The notes under the pieces: model-generated | Database searches by the model: none | Told to the model about the DNA's origin: nothing | What the model saw: only the letters and a program-made list of their open reading frames with translations | Shown here: positions 1 to 11,689 of the stretch, piece after piece | Layout of the letters: every line of letters begins with the position of its first letter | Numbering within the stretch: the stretch's first letter is position 1 | Translations under genes and position numbers: made by a program | Assembly (NCBI RefSeq): GCF_000143415.4 | Contig: NW_003314291.1 | Location: 469,316 to 533,315 of the forward strand | Source: Selaginella moellendorffii | Lineage: Eukaryota; Plantae; Lycopodiophyta | Direction: 5' to 3' | Length of the DNA stretch: 64,000 nucleotides

Positions 1-199
1 ATGCCACTGTTGAGCCAGTTGTACCAGAGTCTACAGCTGAAATGGCATGTGCCCACACGCCATCGGATGCGATTGACCCCACATTGCAGAGGAGAGTATT
101 TCCGCCCTTCATATTTCCTTGACCAAAACCCTCTCAATGACCATCGGGAGCACCATTCGCTAATATTGTAGATGGTAAAATTGACTTGTACCATTTTTT

Positions 200-847
200 A
201 TGCTGACGCATTTCATTTCAAAGTCACGGCGAAGGTACTGTATCGTTTTTGATCTGAACGGTGTCCTTTTCTCCCATGAGCGTGGCTCGTCCTCGAATGT
301 CACTGCACCCTCCAAAGCCTGCGGTCGCAAGTTGGTCAAAAGAGATAGATTCACATTAATCACACGGGACAAACTGCGGGATCTAATAATGACCATGCGA
401 CACTTAAAACAAAGGGCCGGGTTCAATTTGCAATTGGGAGTTTGGACATCCATGATGCGCCACAATGCATTAACGTTGCTACAGATGATGCACGATCAGA
501 CGCGAGTAATATTACCATTTGACTTTCTCCTAACGCAGGAGGATTGCTTGACTATGGTCCATGTGAGGGGTAGCAAGCCCATCTTCGTCAAGCCAGAGGC
601 TGTAGTGATGAACCGGACTGCTAGGTCAAGTGAAATCCTCATCATCGATGACTCACCAATTAAAACTGCAGCGAACACGCACACATATGCAGTGCACCCC
701 ATCTCTTGCAATATGGAAACTAGGGAGAAGAAACTGTATGTTCTGGGGGACCTTGCAAAACGGCTTGGAGCGATGGTGATAGAGAACCGGCCAGTCCAGG
801 AGGTGGCTGCAGAAATCAACCAAATGGCAGATGGAATGGTATATTAG
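200..847 (+). CDS. NIF/FCP1-like (HAD-fold) phosphatase domain protein; frame stays open past the TAG to 1084, so the stop may be premature
   Basis: HAD motif I variant IVFDLNGVL, motif II-like GVWTS, K in PIFVKP, and motif IV ILIIDDSPIK, all typical of the DLNG-type NIF family. Confidence 0.75.
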   Translation: MLTHFISKSRRRYCIVFDLNGVLFSHERGSSSNVTAPSKACGRKLVKRDRFTLITRDKLRDLIMTMRHLKQRAGFNLQLGVWTSMMRHNALTLLQMMHDQTRVILPFDFLLTQEDCLTMVHVRGSKPIFVKPEAVVMNRTARSSEILIIDDSPIKTAANTHTYAVHPISCNMETREKKLYVLGDLAKRLGAMVIENRPVQEVAAEINQMADGMVY

Positions 848-1539
848 AAACCATTTGATCGGACAGACACCAGTCATCATTTATGGCATGTATATTGTCT
901 AGTCAAGCACTATCCGCATCTCCATAATCTGCTCAACCGGATGGATTCTTCGACCACTGAACATGAGCGTGGACGTATTAGAGAAGAGATGGCATTACTA
1001 TTGGGTTTAAATCTTGATAGTGTGGAGAGTGATGAAATTCCAAGATTATTGTATAGGTGTTGGAGGCAAAAAATAACAATCTGAGATGGCATGTATTTAT
1101 TTAAAAATGTAACTTATTATGGCATGGGGTTCCATGCCATTGTATTAATATTAAAAGACAATTCTTTGAGAGGATTTGCATTATACTAGAAGTGTTACAG
1201 CATGTTATTGGAAGTTTACGAAGTTGTTTTATTAATAAGGGGAAAGTAAAGATTGAATGGGGACTTGGGCTCCACCTAGACTCGGAGCAACTGAGCCAAT
1301 ATTAAAAGGATGGAAAGAAATTAGACGACGATGACAAGGAGAAGAGAGAGGTGAAGCAGTGGCAGGGGGAGGAGAAGTGATTGAGTAGACATTTCCTTGT
1401 TTAAAATAAAATGGCATGTGCCTCAATGCAGTTGAATTTTGTTATATTTATATACTATATAAAGGTTTGGAAACCTTATTTTACAAGTGGGATAATGACA
1501 ATTCCCACTTTAACGAAATAGAGCTTTAATGAGCATCGC

Positions 1540-2115
1540 CAATTCCGGGAATATAAGGTGGGTGATCTCGTCTTCGTGCAAGTGATCTTTCCGTCAAGTG
1601 AGTGGCGGAACACCTTGGTGCCTTTACGGATAGGGAAGAGTGATAAACTCTCCCATCGATATGCTAGTCCATATGAAGTGCTGGAGCGCATTGGTAAAAC
1701 GGCTTATCGGGTGCGGCTGCCAGCTGGGGTGAAAATTCATCTGGTATTTTATGTCAGCCAGTTGAAAGGTGTACTATCTCGGAGTGACGGGCCCAATGCC
1801 TCCTTAATGTATACGGCTGTGGAAGATGGACCAGGAGCTTGAGCAGGATTCCCTAGAAAGGGTGATCACCAGTACAACTCATCCTTGGGACAAGGACTTT
1901 GTTGGGGGGGAAGAATTGTTAGGCGCCAGCTTTGACTACGTGGTCAACGTCGGTCAAAGGGAGGCTCAAGGGTATATTAAGGCATGTTAGGGTAAGGGAC
2001 TTAACCTACCCTAGGGCTCACAGTGGAGCGGCGGTGCAGTGGAGCTTTTGAGGTAGCTCGGGGGTGGTTGGGTGGTGAGGAACCTCAAGAGGTGGCGTAG
2101 CATAGTCTAGGGCAA
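1540..2115 (+). mobile_element. Ty3/gypsy 3' remnant: integrase C-terminal SH3-like region, PPT and start of the 3' LTR
   Basis: VGDLVFV..KLSHRYASPYEVLERIGKTAYRVRLPAGVKIHLVFYVSQLK; purine tract gggggggaagaa at 1904-1915 followed by TGTTAG at 1917. Confidence 0.8.
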
Positions 2116-3067
2116 CTAGATCTTTGTCTTTTTGCACCGGATCATAACATTAAAGGCCATATTTTTTATTTTTAAGGGAATTATTTTAAGTTTATTAGAA
2201 ATGAGGTATGCAATTCCTTTCTTTGTATTTAGTTTTATATGGTTTATTATTTTTAGCTCAAAGTTATAGGAAACACCATCTACTTCTTTTGCCCATAGAA
2301 AAATTCTTCCTTCTAATCTCAGATATTTTACATCATTGTCTTTTATTTGAGTTTCACCACAACACAAATTTAACCTTTGAATACAAGCTCCATGACAAAC
2401 TACTTCAACTAAGACATATAAATAATTTTCCAGTTTATCAACCAAAAGGCAATATTATAAGTAATGGTTTAACACCATCCATCTATTATCCATCATAAAA
2501 TTCAACTTTTATAACAATATAAGAGTGATGAATGGTCTTTGAGCTTTGATAACCATCGGTTGGGGTACTATGGATCATCTCCCCTCGACACCGACAATGT
2601 AGAATCAATATATATTGGCAAGAATCACCCTGAGTGAAAAAGAACCTTTAGAAAAAAAGATAGAAAGTTGAATGATACATTATCTTAATTGATCCAAAAG
2701 ATGAATTTAAATCCTAAAATCTATAGCTCTGCCAAAACTTACTGTTGTGCTAGAATTCCTTGATCATTGATAAAATTCCTTCAAACCATTCATTTCATTT
2801 TCTCCACAAGCGAAGGTATTTATAGTAAGACGATACACTTGATATTAGTAAATTCAGCTGCTTAGCTAATGGAAAATTATGAAACATAAAGTTACCTTCA
2901 TTGTAATGGTACCTTGACATGGATACCATTCTATCTCAATAATAGTCTCTTTAAAGATACACCTTCAGAATTTTGTAGAATGCCTTCTTATGCAGCTAAT
3001 GAAAAGTTTTATTCATCCATTGCTTGCATTTGGATGATAGTCCTCTCAAATTTAAGTTTTCTACTTA

Positions 3068-3400
3068 GCTCCTTTAACTCCTAGTGTGTTGCTGTGGCTC
3101 TATCAAACTTTGGAACATAATCTAAAATTAAAGCTCTTTCCTTTAACTCCTAGTGTCTTGTTATGACTTCACCAAACTTTGGATCATAATCTAAATTTAA
3201 GGCTCCATCTAGCTCAAATTAAAGCTTTATGCCCAGTTGGTCTCACTCCCCATGTGTTGCTATGGCTTTCCCAACCTCTAGATCATAATCTGAATTTAAG
3301 GCTTCACTTAGCTCAGATTGAAGCTCTTCACAGAACTCCTCTAACTCCCTATGTGTTATTGCTACTTCACAATTTGATATTAGATTTGCTATTGTGATTA
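3068..3400. repeat. Degenerate tandem repeat (units about 80-110 bp), possibly a decayed coding repeat on the minus strand
   Basis: Recurrent cctttaactcctagtgt...gatcataatctaaatttaaggct; the ORF track shows DHNLNLRLHLAQI twice. Confidence 0.6.
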
Positions 3401-3768
3401 ATTCTCCATCATGATCTTCCACCTAGATCGCAACCACTATTGCTTCTAATTCACAATCTACAAAACTCACTAGATCTTGACAACAATGTTGGCACCAAAA
3501 TCAATTAGACAGAAAGTGTCCTCCAGATGTGCTGGAGAGCCACATCAAGCACATCTACAGATCTTCTGAATTTTAGGGCAAAATACTACAGTGTAGTCAA
3601 TATAATCAAAATTACAAAATCATAGTCAGTTTATATACTGTCTGGCAATTTCATTAGTTCCTATTTTGCTTCCAGAAAGATCACGAAAAACAATCAAGCA
3701 AAAGAAAGAAATAAACTAGACGCCAATGGATGGAACTAGTGCTAGCGTTTTAGAGAAAGATCGCTTAC

Positions 3769-3987
3769 CAGGATTGCCTTGTGCACGCACACATCCGGCC
3801 CATCACACGCCTTGAGCGTCAACAGTGGCAAATCGAGGGTGACCTGGTCCCAGGCACGCAGGAATTTGGCCTGGCACGCCACCGCTTGGAGGCGGCGCTC
3901 CTTGTCCCGGAGGTGCTGCTGCGCTCCCCACCAGCGACTCCAACCTGAGAGGAGCCTCTTGCAAAGCATGCATTCCACGTGAGGCAT
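3769..3987 (-). CDS. Probable first exon of a plant BTB/POZ protein; downstream exons not recognised
   Basis: CxxC, coiled-coil-like segment, then FLR...LTLKACDGPDVCVHKAIL (start of BTB, vHkavL motif), ending at a GTAAG donor. Confidence 0.45.
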
Positions 3988-4033
3988 ATTCCCCCTCTCT
4001 CTTTTCTTTAACGCGGCGTGTTTGAAACGTAAC

Positions 4034-4177
4034 AGCAGAATTTAGGCTAGGACTAGATAAACAAAAGGGTACCATTAAGAAAGCAGAATTTAGGTTACGA
4101 CTAGATAAACAAAAAGGTACCATTAAGAAAGCGGAATTTAGGTTAGGACTAGATAAACAAAAGGGTACCATTAAGAA
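4034..4177. repeat. 3 x 48-bp tandem repeat in the divergent intergenic region upstream of the PEBP gene
   Basis: agcagaatttaggctaggactagataaacaaaagggtaccattaagaa-type units start at 4034, 4082 and 4130. Confidence 0.95.
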
Positions 4178-4237
4178 AGAAAAATTAGTCTAGGTGCCAA
4201 AAAGGAATACATAAACCCTATGTTAAAAGGTAAATCA

Positions 4238-4247
4238 CTATATAAAT
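4238..4247 (+). promoter_or_regulatory. TATA box of the PEBP-like gene
   Basis: CTATATAAAT about 40 bp upstream of the ATG at 4285. Confidence 0.6.
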
Positions 4248-4284
4248 CTAGGTATCAAAGTGATCACAACACAACAAAGGATCA

Positions 4285-4875
4285 ATGAGGAAGCTTGTGG
4301 CAGTTGCTTTCTTGGCTATATTCTTTGCAGGAGCTACTTCTTCGCGATTGTTAGCATCTACTCCACCACGATCTCCATCGCCAGGATCTCTAGCAGTGGA
4401 GAAATCGATCTCTATAGCTGTTTCTTACACAGGAAAGGATACCTTCGCCGATGGAACCCTTTTGACGTGCCCGCAAACCGCGATTCATCCCAACGTTATG
4501 GTCCCAGGAGATGTTGATCCTGCGCAGCTTTACTCCATCGTGATGATAGATAGGCGAGCTTCGCGGTCGATGTTTACATTGGCAGATCAATTCACGTACG
4601 TCCACTATTGGATCACCAACATCCCTGGATCAAAGGTTGACGCTGGCACAATTTTGGAGGAGTATATGAGGCCTGCACCGCACGATTTCATGCAGCACAA
4701 GTACGAGTTTATACTGTATAAGCAGCAAGGGCAGATCAATACGCCTCTCGCGGATAGATTCGTCAACGACTGGGAAGCGGTCGCGAGCGCTTACAACCTT
4801 GGCAGCCCCGTAGCAACGACTTCCTTTGTTGCGCAGCTCACCCTAAACTTTAGAACGAGAATGTTCCAATGTTAA
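4285..4875 (+). CDS. Secreted PEBP (phosphatidylethanolamine-binding, FT/TFL1/MFT superfamily) protein, single exon, divergent
   Basis: Signal-peptide-like MRKLVAVAFLAIFFAGATS; PEBP motifs LYSIVMID, YVHYWITNIPG, YMRPAP, HKYEFILYKQ, YNLGSPVA..F. Confidence 0.85.
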   Translation: MRKLVAVAFLAIFFAGATSSRLLASTPPRSPSPGSLAVEKSISIAVSYTGKDTFADGTLLTCPQTAIHPNVMVPGDVDPAQLYSIVMIDRRASRSMFTLADQFTYVHYWITNIPGSKVDAGTILEEYMRPAPHDFMQHKYEFILYKQQGQINTPLADRFVNDWEAVASAYNLGSPVATTSFVAQLTLNFRTRMFQC

Positions 4876-5052
4876 AAAGGTGGCTTCTTTGAATCATTGC
4901 ATGTTGTTCGAAACTAGAGAAAAGAGATTCAACTATTGTTAGAACAAGATCGTCCCAATGTTATAAAGGTGGTGAGATTATAGATGTAATGTTCTTTAAA
5001 TTTAAAACTTTTGTTACGTAAACAGAACAAAAATAGAGAAAAAGAGATACGA

Positions 5053-6600
5053 TTACAGTTTAGAGTGGTGTATGGTGTTGTTTCTCAAGAACACTGTCCC
5101 GGATAGGACGACTTTGCCTCTCTCTTTAACTTTGCACTTGAAGGAGATCCTGAAAGAAGAAGCAAGCGTTACGGGGATGGTTTAGAAACGATTGCGCTTA
5201 CTGCGAGCTCTCGCCTTGTTCTTTCTTCATCAATGTTACGAGCGTTTCGCCCGGATAGACGTGGTGCAGGAACCTGGAGCTGATCGTCGCAATTCTCGTC
5301 GGATCGCCGTCGCAGCAGCACCGAATTATAGCTCGCACGGCATAGCCGAGCGTGCAAAGCCCATGAAGAATGGGACGCTGGAAGCTGTGTTTTTAAATCC
5401 CGTCACAGACGTCATTCGCAAGAACAACGCTTACCCCGCATCTGCGGCGAACTTTGGGTCCGAATGCAAGGGATTCATGTCTCCTGAAAGACGGTAAAGT
5501 AACGCCTACATCACGGACGAGTAACTTTTACGCTCTAAAAGGAAAAACCAAAAAAGAAAATTAATCTCTCGTTACCTGGTTCGGCCTGATTTGATCTTCA
5601 AACTCGAAGTCTGGAGGAGTTGCGTCGAATTCTTTCTCATTGAAACTGATGGCTGGAAACTGCGACGATGTTCGCGACGAGAAGGAGAACGGGTTTCCAG
5701 GACCTGCCGAGAATCCGCCAGCACCGCGTAAAAATGCCAAAGTCCTGCAAAATTGTTGACTTAGCGCTAGGCCTACTCTCCAATGGGACAAAAGCTACAG
5801 CACCTTTGCAGACATAGCAGTTCCCCGGTATCGATGTCTCGGTGCAAGAGTTCCATTTCAATTAACGCGGCTTTCCCTATAAAAGTGACGCTCAGGCCTA
5901 TCATTTTTGCGCATGAAAAACGAAACAGTCGTACCTTTGTCGTGAAGACCCGAAATTCGTTTGCTGCTACGAACCTGAGATAGAGACACTCGGACATAAA
6001 AGGAAAAAGAGAAAGGAGAAACCTTACCCGTGCACTCGTTGGAAGAGGTTTGTAAATCTCCACATACTGTTCACCGTGCAACAGTAGCTTCGGATCAAAG
6101 CTGCAAATTATATACATTTTTTTCCAGGCTAAAGTCAAGGAAAACGAGAGATGGAACTTACAACTTACTTGAGGCCGCGAATATCACCAAAAGTTCCCAC
6201 AAGCCTGTTATTGAAAAGTACTGAAAACGTGGGAAGAACCTGCGCGTGATAACCTCTAATTGTCAATGAGAAGAAGAAAAAAACTTCCCTTGCCTTGATA
6301 AACTTCTGGCCATTCGGATGATAGACATAGGAAAGCTCCACGGGATCAATCGGATCTACCGCCGCCGCGCCGACGCCTAACGCATAGAGCGCCACATCCC
6401 TGACCCAAAGAACAACGAAATTTAGGAGAAAGAAGCGCGATTTCGTCATACTTCTCGGTGTAACTCAGATCATCCTGCCAAGGACGCGATCAGACAAAAT
6501 TCTGGTGAAATTTCAGCTGGAATACCTCTGGAAATCGATGCGTGAGTACCTCCTCGGCCACAATCGGGGGTATCGGGTGTCGCCGCTCCTCCATGCCCAT
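5053..6600 (-). CDS. ECH2: Peroxisomal enoyl-CoA hydratase 2 (MaoC-like), multi-exon
   Basis: Exons give RDVALYALGVG, VLPTF, LLHGEQY, LHDK/GKAA, FLRGAGGFS, the hydratase-2 motif ALLYRLSGDMNPLHSDP, RPILHGLCTLG and VYPGETL; C-terminal PTS1 SKL then TAA at 5055-5053. Confidence 0.93.
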
Positions 6601-6642
6601 CACACAGGACCAAAATAAAAAATTAGGGCTCTAGCAAGTCGA

Positions 6643-6755
6643 TTGACCGGGTCTTGACTCATTTTGACTCGGTCAGCGATGGTAAATGAGAAAGCCACTA
6701 GATCTTTCTTTTAATCGCGTGAGAGAAACGTTGTCAAACACAAACGCGCGTGCAC
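6643..6755. promoter_or_regulatory. Three W-boxes (TTGACY) plus CGCG boxes in the ECH2/NHL divergent promoter
   Basis: TTGACC at 6643, TTGACT at 6654 and 6664; CGCGT motifs at about 6716 and 6748. Confidence 0.4.
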
Positions 6756-7117
6756 GTACTTTCACCGTGTGTAACCGACACACTGCCAAAGAGTTAAAAC
6801 AAGTAGAAACTTCTCCTATGAAAGGAAGAGGAACCTAACGCAAATTAAAATTCGGCAAAGTCCATTTTGCCCGCGCCTTGACGAAATTGCGCCTTCTTTT
6901 TCTCTCCACTCGTTCCGGGGTCGGCATTTAACCACAGTGATTCCCGTCCTTTCATCTTCCATTCCCCCATATTCACGATTCCCTCGTCGCGCGATCGATC
7001 GGTTCTAGTTAGCGCAGCGCTAGTTTCGTGTTAGATTCTTCACGCATTCCATCCATCCAACGATCACTCGATCGATCAGTGGGGAAATAGGGTGGAATTG
7101 ATCGAATTCTTGCAGGA

Positions 7118-7855
7118 ATGACGGATCGAATCCATCCCGCGGCATCGCCCTCCGCCCCGATCCTCGAGGAATCCAAGCGTCTCAATGGAGCGTACCAGCA
7201 GAAGATCCCCGATCAGCTCTTCCCGCCCCATCCCGCCGCCTACGTCCCGCCGGCAAGGCGGCGATCGCGCCGCTGCTGTGGCGGCCTCTGCCGCTGTCTC
7301 TGCTGGCTGCTCGCCCTCGTCGTCATCATCGTGATCCTCCTGGGCATCACCGCGCTCGTCTTCTGGCTCGTCATCCGCCCAGTGCGATCGCCCAGCTACA
7401 ACGTCCAGGACGTGTCACCGGTGTTCACGATCTCCACCGATTCCAATCCGCCGCTGCTGGATGCCATCGTCTCCTTCACGGTGCGCGCCGAGAACCCAAA
7501 CCGGAGGATCGGGATCTACTACGACCGGGTCGCGATCTACCTCTACTACGCGGGATTGCAAGTCGGGGAGAGCTCCATCGATCCGTTCTACCAGGGCCAC
7601 CGCGATGTCAGGTTCCTGAGGAGCAATCTCACCACCACGGATCTGCCCCTAACCCAGGAGCTGGCGACGAGCTTGAGGAACGATATCGCCCAGAATCGCG
7701 TCCCTCTGGACGTTCGCGTGAGGGTCAAGGCTAGGGTCAAGATCGGCGCGCTAAAGTCGCCGCGAGTCAAGGTGAGGAGCCACTGCAGTGTTGTTGTCCG
7801 CCCAGACGGGGCGGGGCTCTTGGAAAGGAATTGCAGGGTGAGAGTGCGACTCTAG
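7118..7855 (+). CDS. NDR1/HIN1-like (LEA_2 domain) membrane protein, intronless
   Basis: RIHP N-terminus, Cys-rich stretch before one TM helix, WLVIRP, NPNRRIGIYYD, PFYQG, and terminal C..V...C. Confidence 0.93.
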   Translation: MTDRIHPAASPSAPILEESKRLNGAYQQKIPDQLFPPHPAAYVPPARRRSRRCCGGLCRCLCWLLALVVIIVILLGITALVFWLVIRPVRSPSYNVQDVSPVFTISTDSNPPLLDAIVSFTVRAENPNRRIGIYYDRVAIYLYYAGLQVGESSIDPFYQGHRDVRFLRSNLTTTDLPLTQELATSLRNDIAQNRVPLDVRVRVKARVKIGALKSPRVKVRSHCSVVVRPDGAGLLERNCRVRVRL

Positions 7856-9459
7856 AGGAAGAACTCCCTGCAGTATATACTCGCGCTTGTTCATTTCCGT
7901 AAAAAAAAACATTCTTTTGCATTTGTTTAATTCTTTTTTAGCCTTTATTTTTCAATAAAGTTCAGAATTTAGGAGAGGTTTGGAAAAGATCAAAGAAATA
8001 AATCCACTGGGAATAATTTGATTTTTGAAGATCAAGATTGGTAGAAATCAAAGAAAATAATTTGTTTTGCTTAGTAGTAGCAAGGCTTGGTTTGCTTTAA
8101 TAATACAAATTAATATCTTGATAAACTTTTGAATATTTTATAACATATTTTTTTCTTAGAATTTTCTTATTGTAAAATGTTTTTAAACCAAATGCTATTC
8201 TGATTAGAGAACAAAAGAAAAACACCATTCCAAGCATTCACATGCATGGGTTTTATTGTAAGAAACCTTCACAAATAAATGACAAGTTCTTAAAGATAAT
8301 ATTTCCTCTTTGATCCATAAAGTTGTAGTTGACTGCAAGATAAAAGCTCAAGTAATTCTAGCCGGAGGTAAGCATTGGAATAATTGGTCAAGGTGCAAGG
8401 TTATGGAGCTCACAGCCATCAATATTATTTTATATAGAAGAATAGGTTGCTATTCTCTTGTCAGCCACAAGTTCAGAAACTAACTAACTAGGCAATGTAG
8501 TATAAGGTGCCGTACTCACGAGTGAACTGTCAACACAATCTTATTGACATTCATTGTGGTTTTATGCCTCTAGCTGCTAAGGAAAATGTGTTTAGATGTT
8601 ATTTTTTCCTCTTTAAACACACAGGAGCGAAAGGCAAGGAACGAACTCCAAATCCAAAACAGACGCATCGCGCGCAAGGAATCGCAGCTCCGCGAACTAA
8701 CCGCCAAGCTCTTGGTTTGCCTCTATGTGCTAGCGAGTCTCTATGTCATGTTACTCTCCAGTAATGCCAAAGAGAAGCCCGTCACTCGTCACTCGCACGC
8801 TACCAAACTTTTGTTTTTCTTCTAGCTCGGGATTGTGTTTAGGCAATCGCTATCGATCAGCAAAGACAAGGCTATACTTTGGTGAGGTCGTGGTTTTCCA
8901 TACATTCCTTTGATCGCATCTATGGTCGAGAGCCTCCACAGGTCAATGCTGGACCTGAATGGTGGAGAGGCTGTCCTGCTGGAAACTCAAGGCGCCCAGC
9001 TCCTGCGCGACGAAGCCTCTCGAGACGAGGTCTGGACGCCGACCTTCTCTGCCGAGGATTAAAAGTTGCGACACGACATAGGTTTAGATTCTTTTTTATT
9101 TGAAGTGTGAGGCGACTACCTCTTGGCCCGTGGTTTGAGGAATAGAGCAGCACTTGGATTGCCTTAGGAACTGTGAGAAGGCTAAAAAAATTTGGAACCA
9201 ATTGTCCAAGCAATCAAATGTGGGTGAGATGCCAAGATTTAGTGTTTCTAACTCAACAACCTACTATAGCATGATTCAGTTTTTTCTGTAGTGAGTTAAA
9301 CACTAAAAGAGCTCAATTCTTTTCTGGTCTTGTTGAGCGAAATAGTTCTTGCAGAGATCTAGATAGAATATTGTTATGAGTCATTTTGAATACCAATGAC
9401 TACAGATTTGCAAGATGTGAAAATGCTAATCATCTTGTTTCTCAAATACAAGAGGACTT

Positions 9460-10140
9460 ACAATCGTTGAGGAAGGACATTTCTAGTATCAAGTTCTAGC
9501 GATATGAGCTACTCAAGCAAGACAAACAAGCTTGCTTCATGAGAGAACCTCTTGTTGTTTTTCTTTGCTTGCTATTGAGCAAGGCTGCCCCTACTTAGTC
9601 GACATGATAGTTGTATGGGTGGAGTCAAACATTCAAGAGTTAGGCAATCGAGAAGAAAACACCACCAGTGAAAGAGGCTTTGGCTGAATTCAAATTAATC
9701 AGTTATTGTTTTCATGGCCATCAAAGGCTTCGTAGATACAAGTTTATGCAGCTTGGGAGCCTAGAAGATCACTTACATAGCTTGTATATTGTTTCCTACA
9801 TCTAAAACTAAGTAAGCTTTACATGCAGATGTGCTAGCCAGAATTGTTGGGTTGGATTGCAAAGATGAAAATACAAGAGCTCCCAAAGGATTAAAGTACT
9901 TGTATGCCAAAGAAAATCCTCCAGTAATCTATTGGGATTTCAAATCTTACTCAAAAACAGTATCATCCCAAGCTTCCAAATATTGGTCTTGCAAAGCTGA
10001 GTCCAATCACACACAAAACACACGTTTGAACCTATTTAGTGCCAACTTATGGATATTGTGCACCCAAGCATCCCATGATAGGACTTAAGTTGGACATTTG
10101 GGGCTGTTCTTTTGGAGCTAATTATTGGACGGGAAGATTT
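9460..10140 (+). pseudogene. Degenerate PBS1-like receptor-like cytoplasmic kinase
   Basis: Fragments YKFMQLGSLEDHLH, KGLKYLYAKENPPVIYWDFKS, TYGYCAP and LELIIGR, with frameshifts and stops. Confidence 0.8.
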
Positions 10141-11689
10141 AGAAAAAATCTTGTTGCATGAATAAGCTTATATGCATAAATGTTTAGGCTAAAGCTTTAG
10201 CCAGTTTGCAAATGGACAAACAAGGAACTCAGCATTGATTTTATCGAGATTGCAAGTTTTTATTCTTTATTACTAACTTAACTTAATGGAGTAAATGTTT
10301 GCAGAGTCATCCAAATATGTTATGGGGGAAGCATGTTCACATCATGCTTGATGTTGGCTGTGATGTCTTGGAGGCATTTTGTTTGATAAGTATTCATTTA
10401 CTCCAAAAGACGAACACAAAGCCGAAATTAAGTGGAATTTCAGTAATTCTTGTAGTATATATATGATTATGTGTATAGAAATTTATCCTAACTATGCTCA
10501 CAATATCATGCATCATGCCTACTATAGAGTTCCATGGCATGTAAATGGTATGCATTTATTTTTTGCACTCCAATGGACAAAAACAAACCAAAAGATGTAC
10601 AAATATGGAATCACCTTTATCATAAGGAGTAGAACCTTAACTAATAATATGTATTGATTGTTAAAAATCTATTTGTACGTTTTTTTCAATTTCTCTAAGA
10701 GAACTTCTCGTCACCTCAAATCTACATAGATCAATTTGAGGATGGATTTTCTTGTTGTAACTTAAAAGAAGTATCTCTCTATAATTACAGCATAAATCTG
10801 TTTCTTGCCAAGTTTGATTTTTCTTCATGCACTTTAATGTAAATGGGAATGAAGAAAAGAGTAGAAGCAACTGGTCATCAAGGCCTGTTTGATTTTGTCT
10901 TTTGTTTTCTATTGTTTTCACACAAGATTTTGGCTTTTGGCACTAGAAAATTCCTAGAGCCTAGACTTCAACTCAGTATAATTCCAGTGTTCTCCAAGTA
11001 AACAACCCTTGTACCTAAAGAGTTCTGAACGATCTGTGCAAAGAAGTTTGATAAACAGCAAAGAAGCATATGAACCAAACCAAACAAAAGCAATGCGAAA
11101 GATCAAAAAGAAGGAAGAAAAACTGGAATTGTGATCATATAAGAACAACAACGTGAAATAAGGCCAAAATATTGGAGGAAGAAACAAGGGGAAAGCCCAA
11201 GGAAAGAAGATTTCACTTATACCAGATCGAATGAGTTCTATCCCACTAAACACGGCGAAGGTCAAACAGTGAAACCATTTCAGCTCGGCATGTGCATCTG
11301 GTCATACGAATCGAGCAGAAATACTGCGACTCTTGAGCGCCTTCTCTGACTATGGCTTGCAAAATCATCACGCCGATTCTTTTCTCTCCACTTTGCTTTG
11401 CAGACCCAATCAGCAGGATGGGTGGTTCGCTTCCGAAGCCGTGACGAAAGCAATCCTAGATTCGCGAGCTCATATATTCCTTCGAAATCCATTTTTATAT
11501 TACTTTACTTCTATCATAGTGGCGGTGATGGAAGCTCGAGCATTGGCGTTCTCCACAGACAAGAACACAGGCAAACACACAGGCAACAGGATTGAAGATC
11601 CTTCTCCTCGAGGTGTGTACAGCTCGCCATTTTTTCTTGTTCTTTGACATTTTTCGCGTGTGGGCGACTCCTGCCGCAACAGCGGACAC

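Noticed and set aside
3803-4171. ORF with MVPFCLSS repeats
   Set aside because: It is only the translation of the 48-bp tandem repeat.
8586-9200. Exon-like coiled-coil fragments
   Set aside because: Splice-like signals are present, but there is no consistent gene model or recognisable family.
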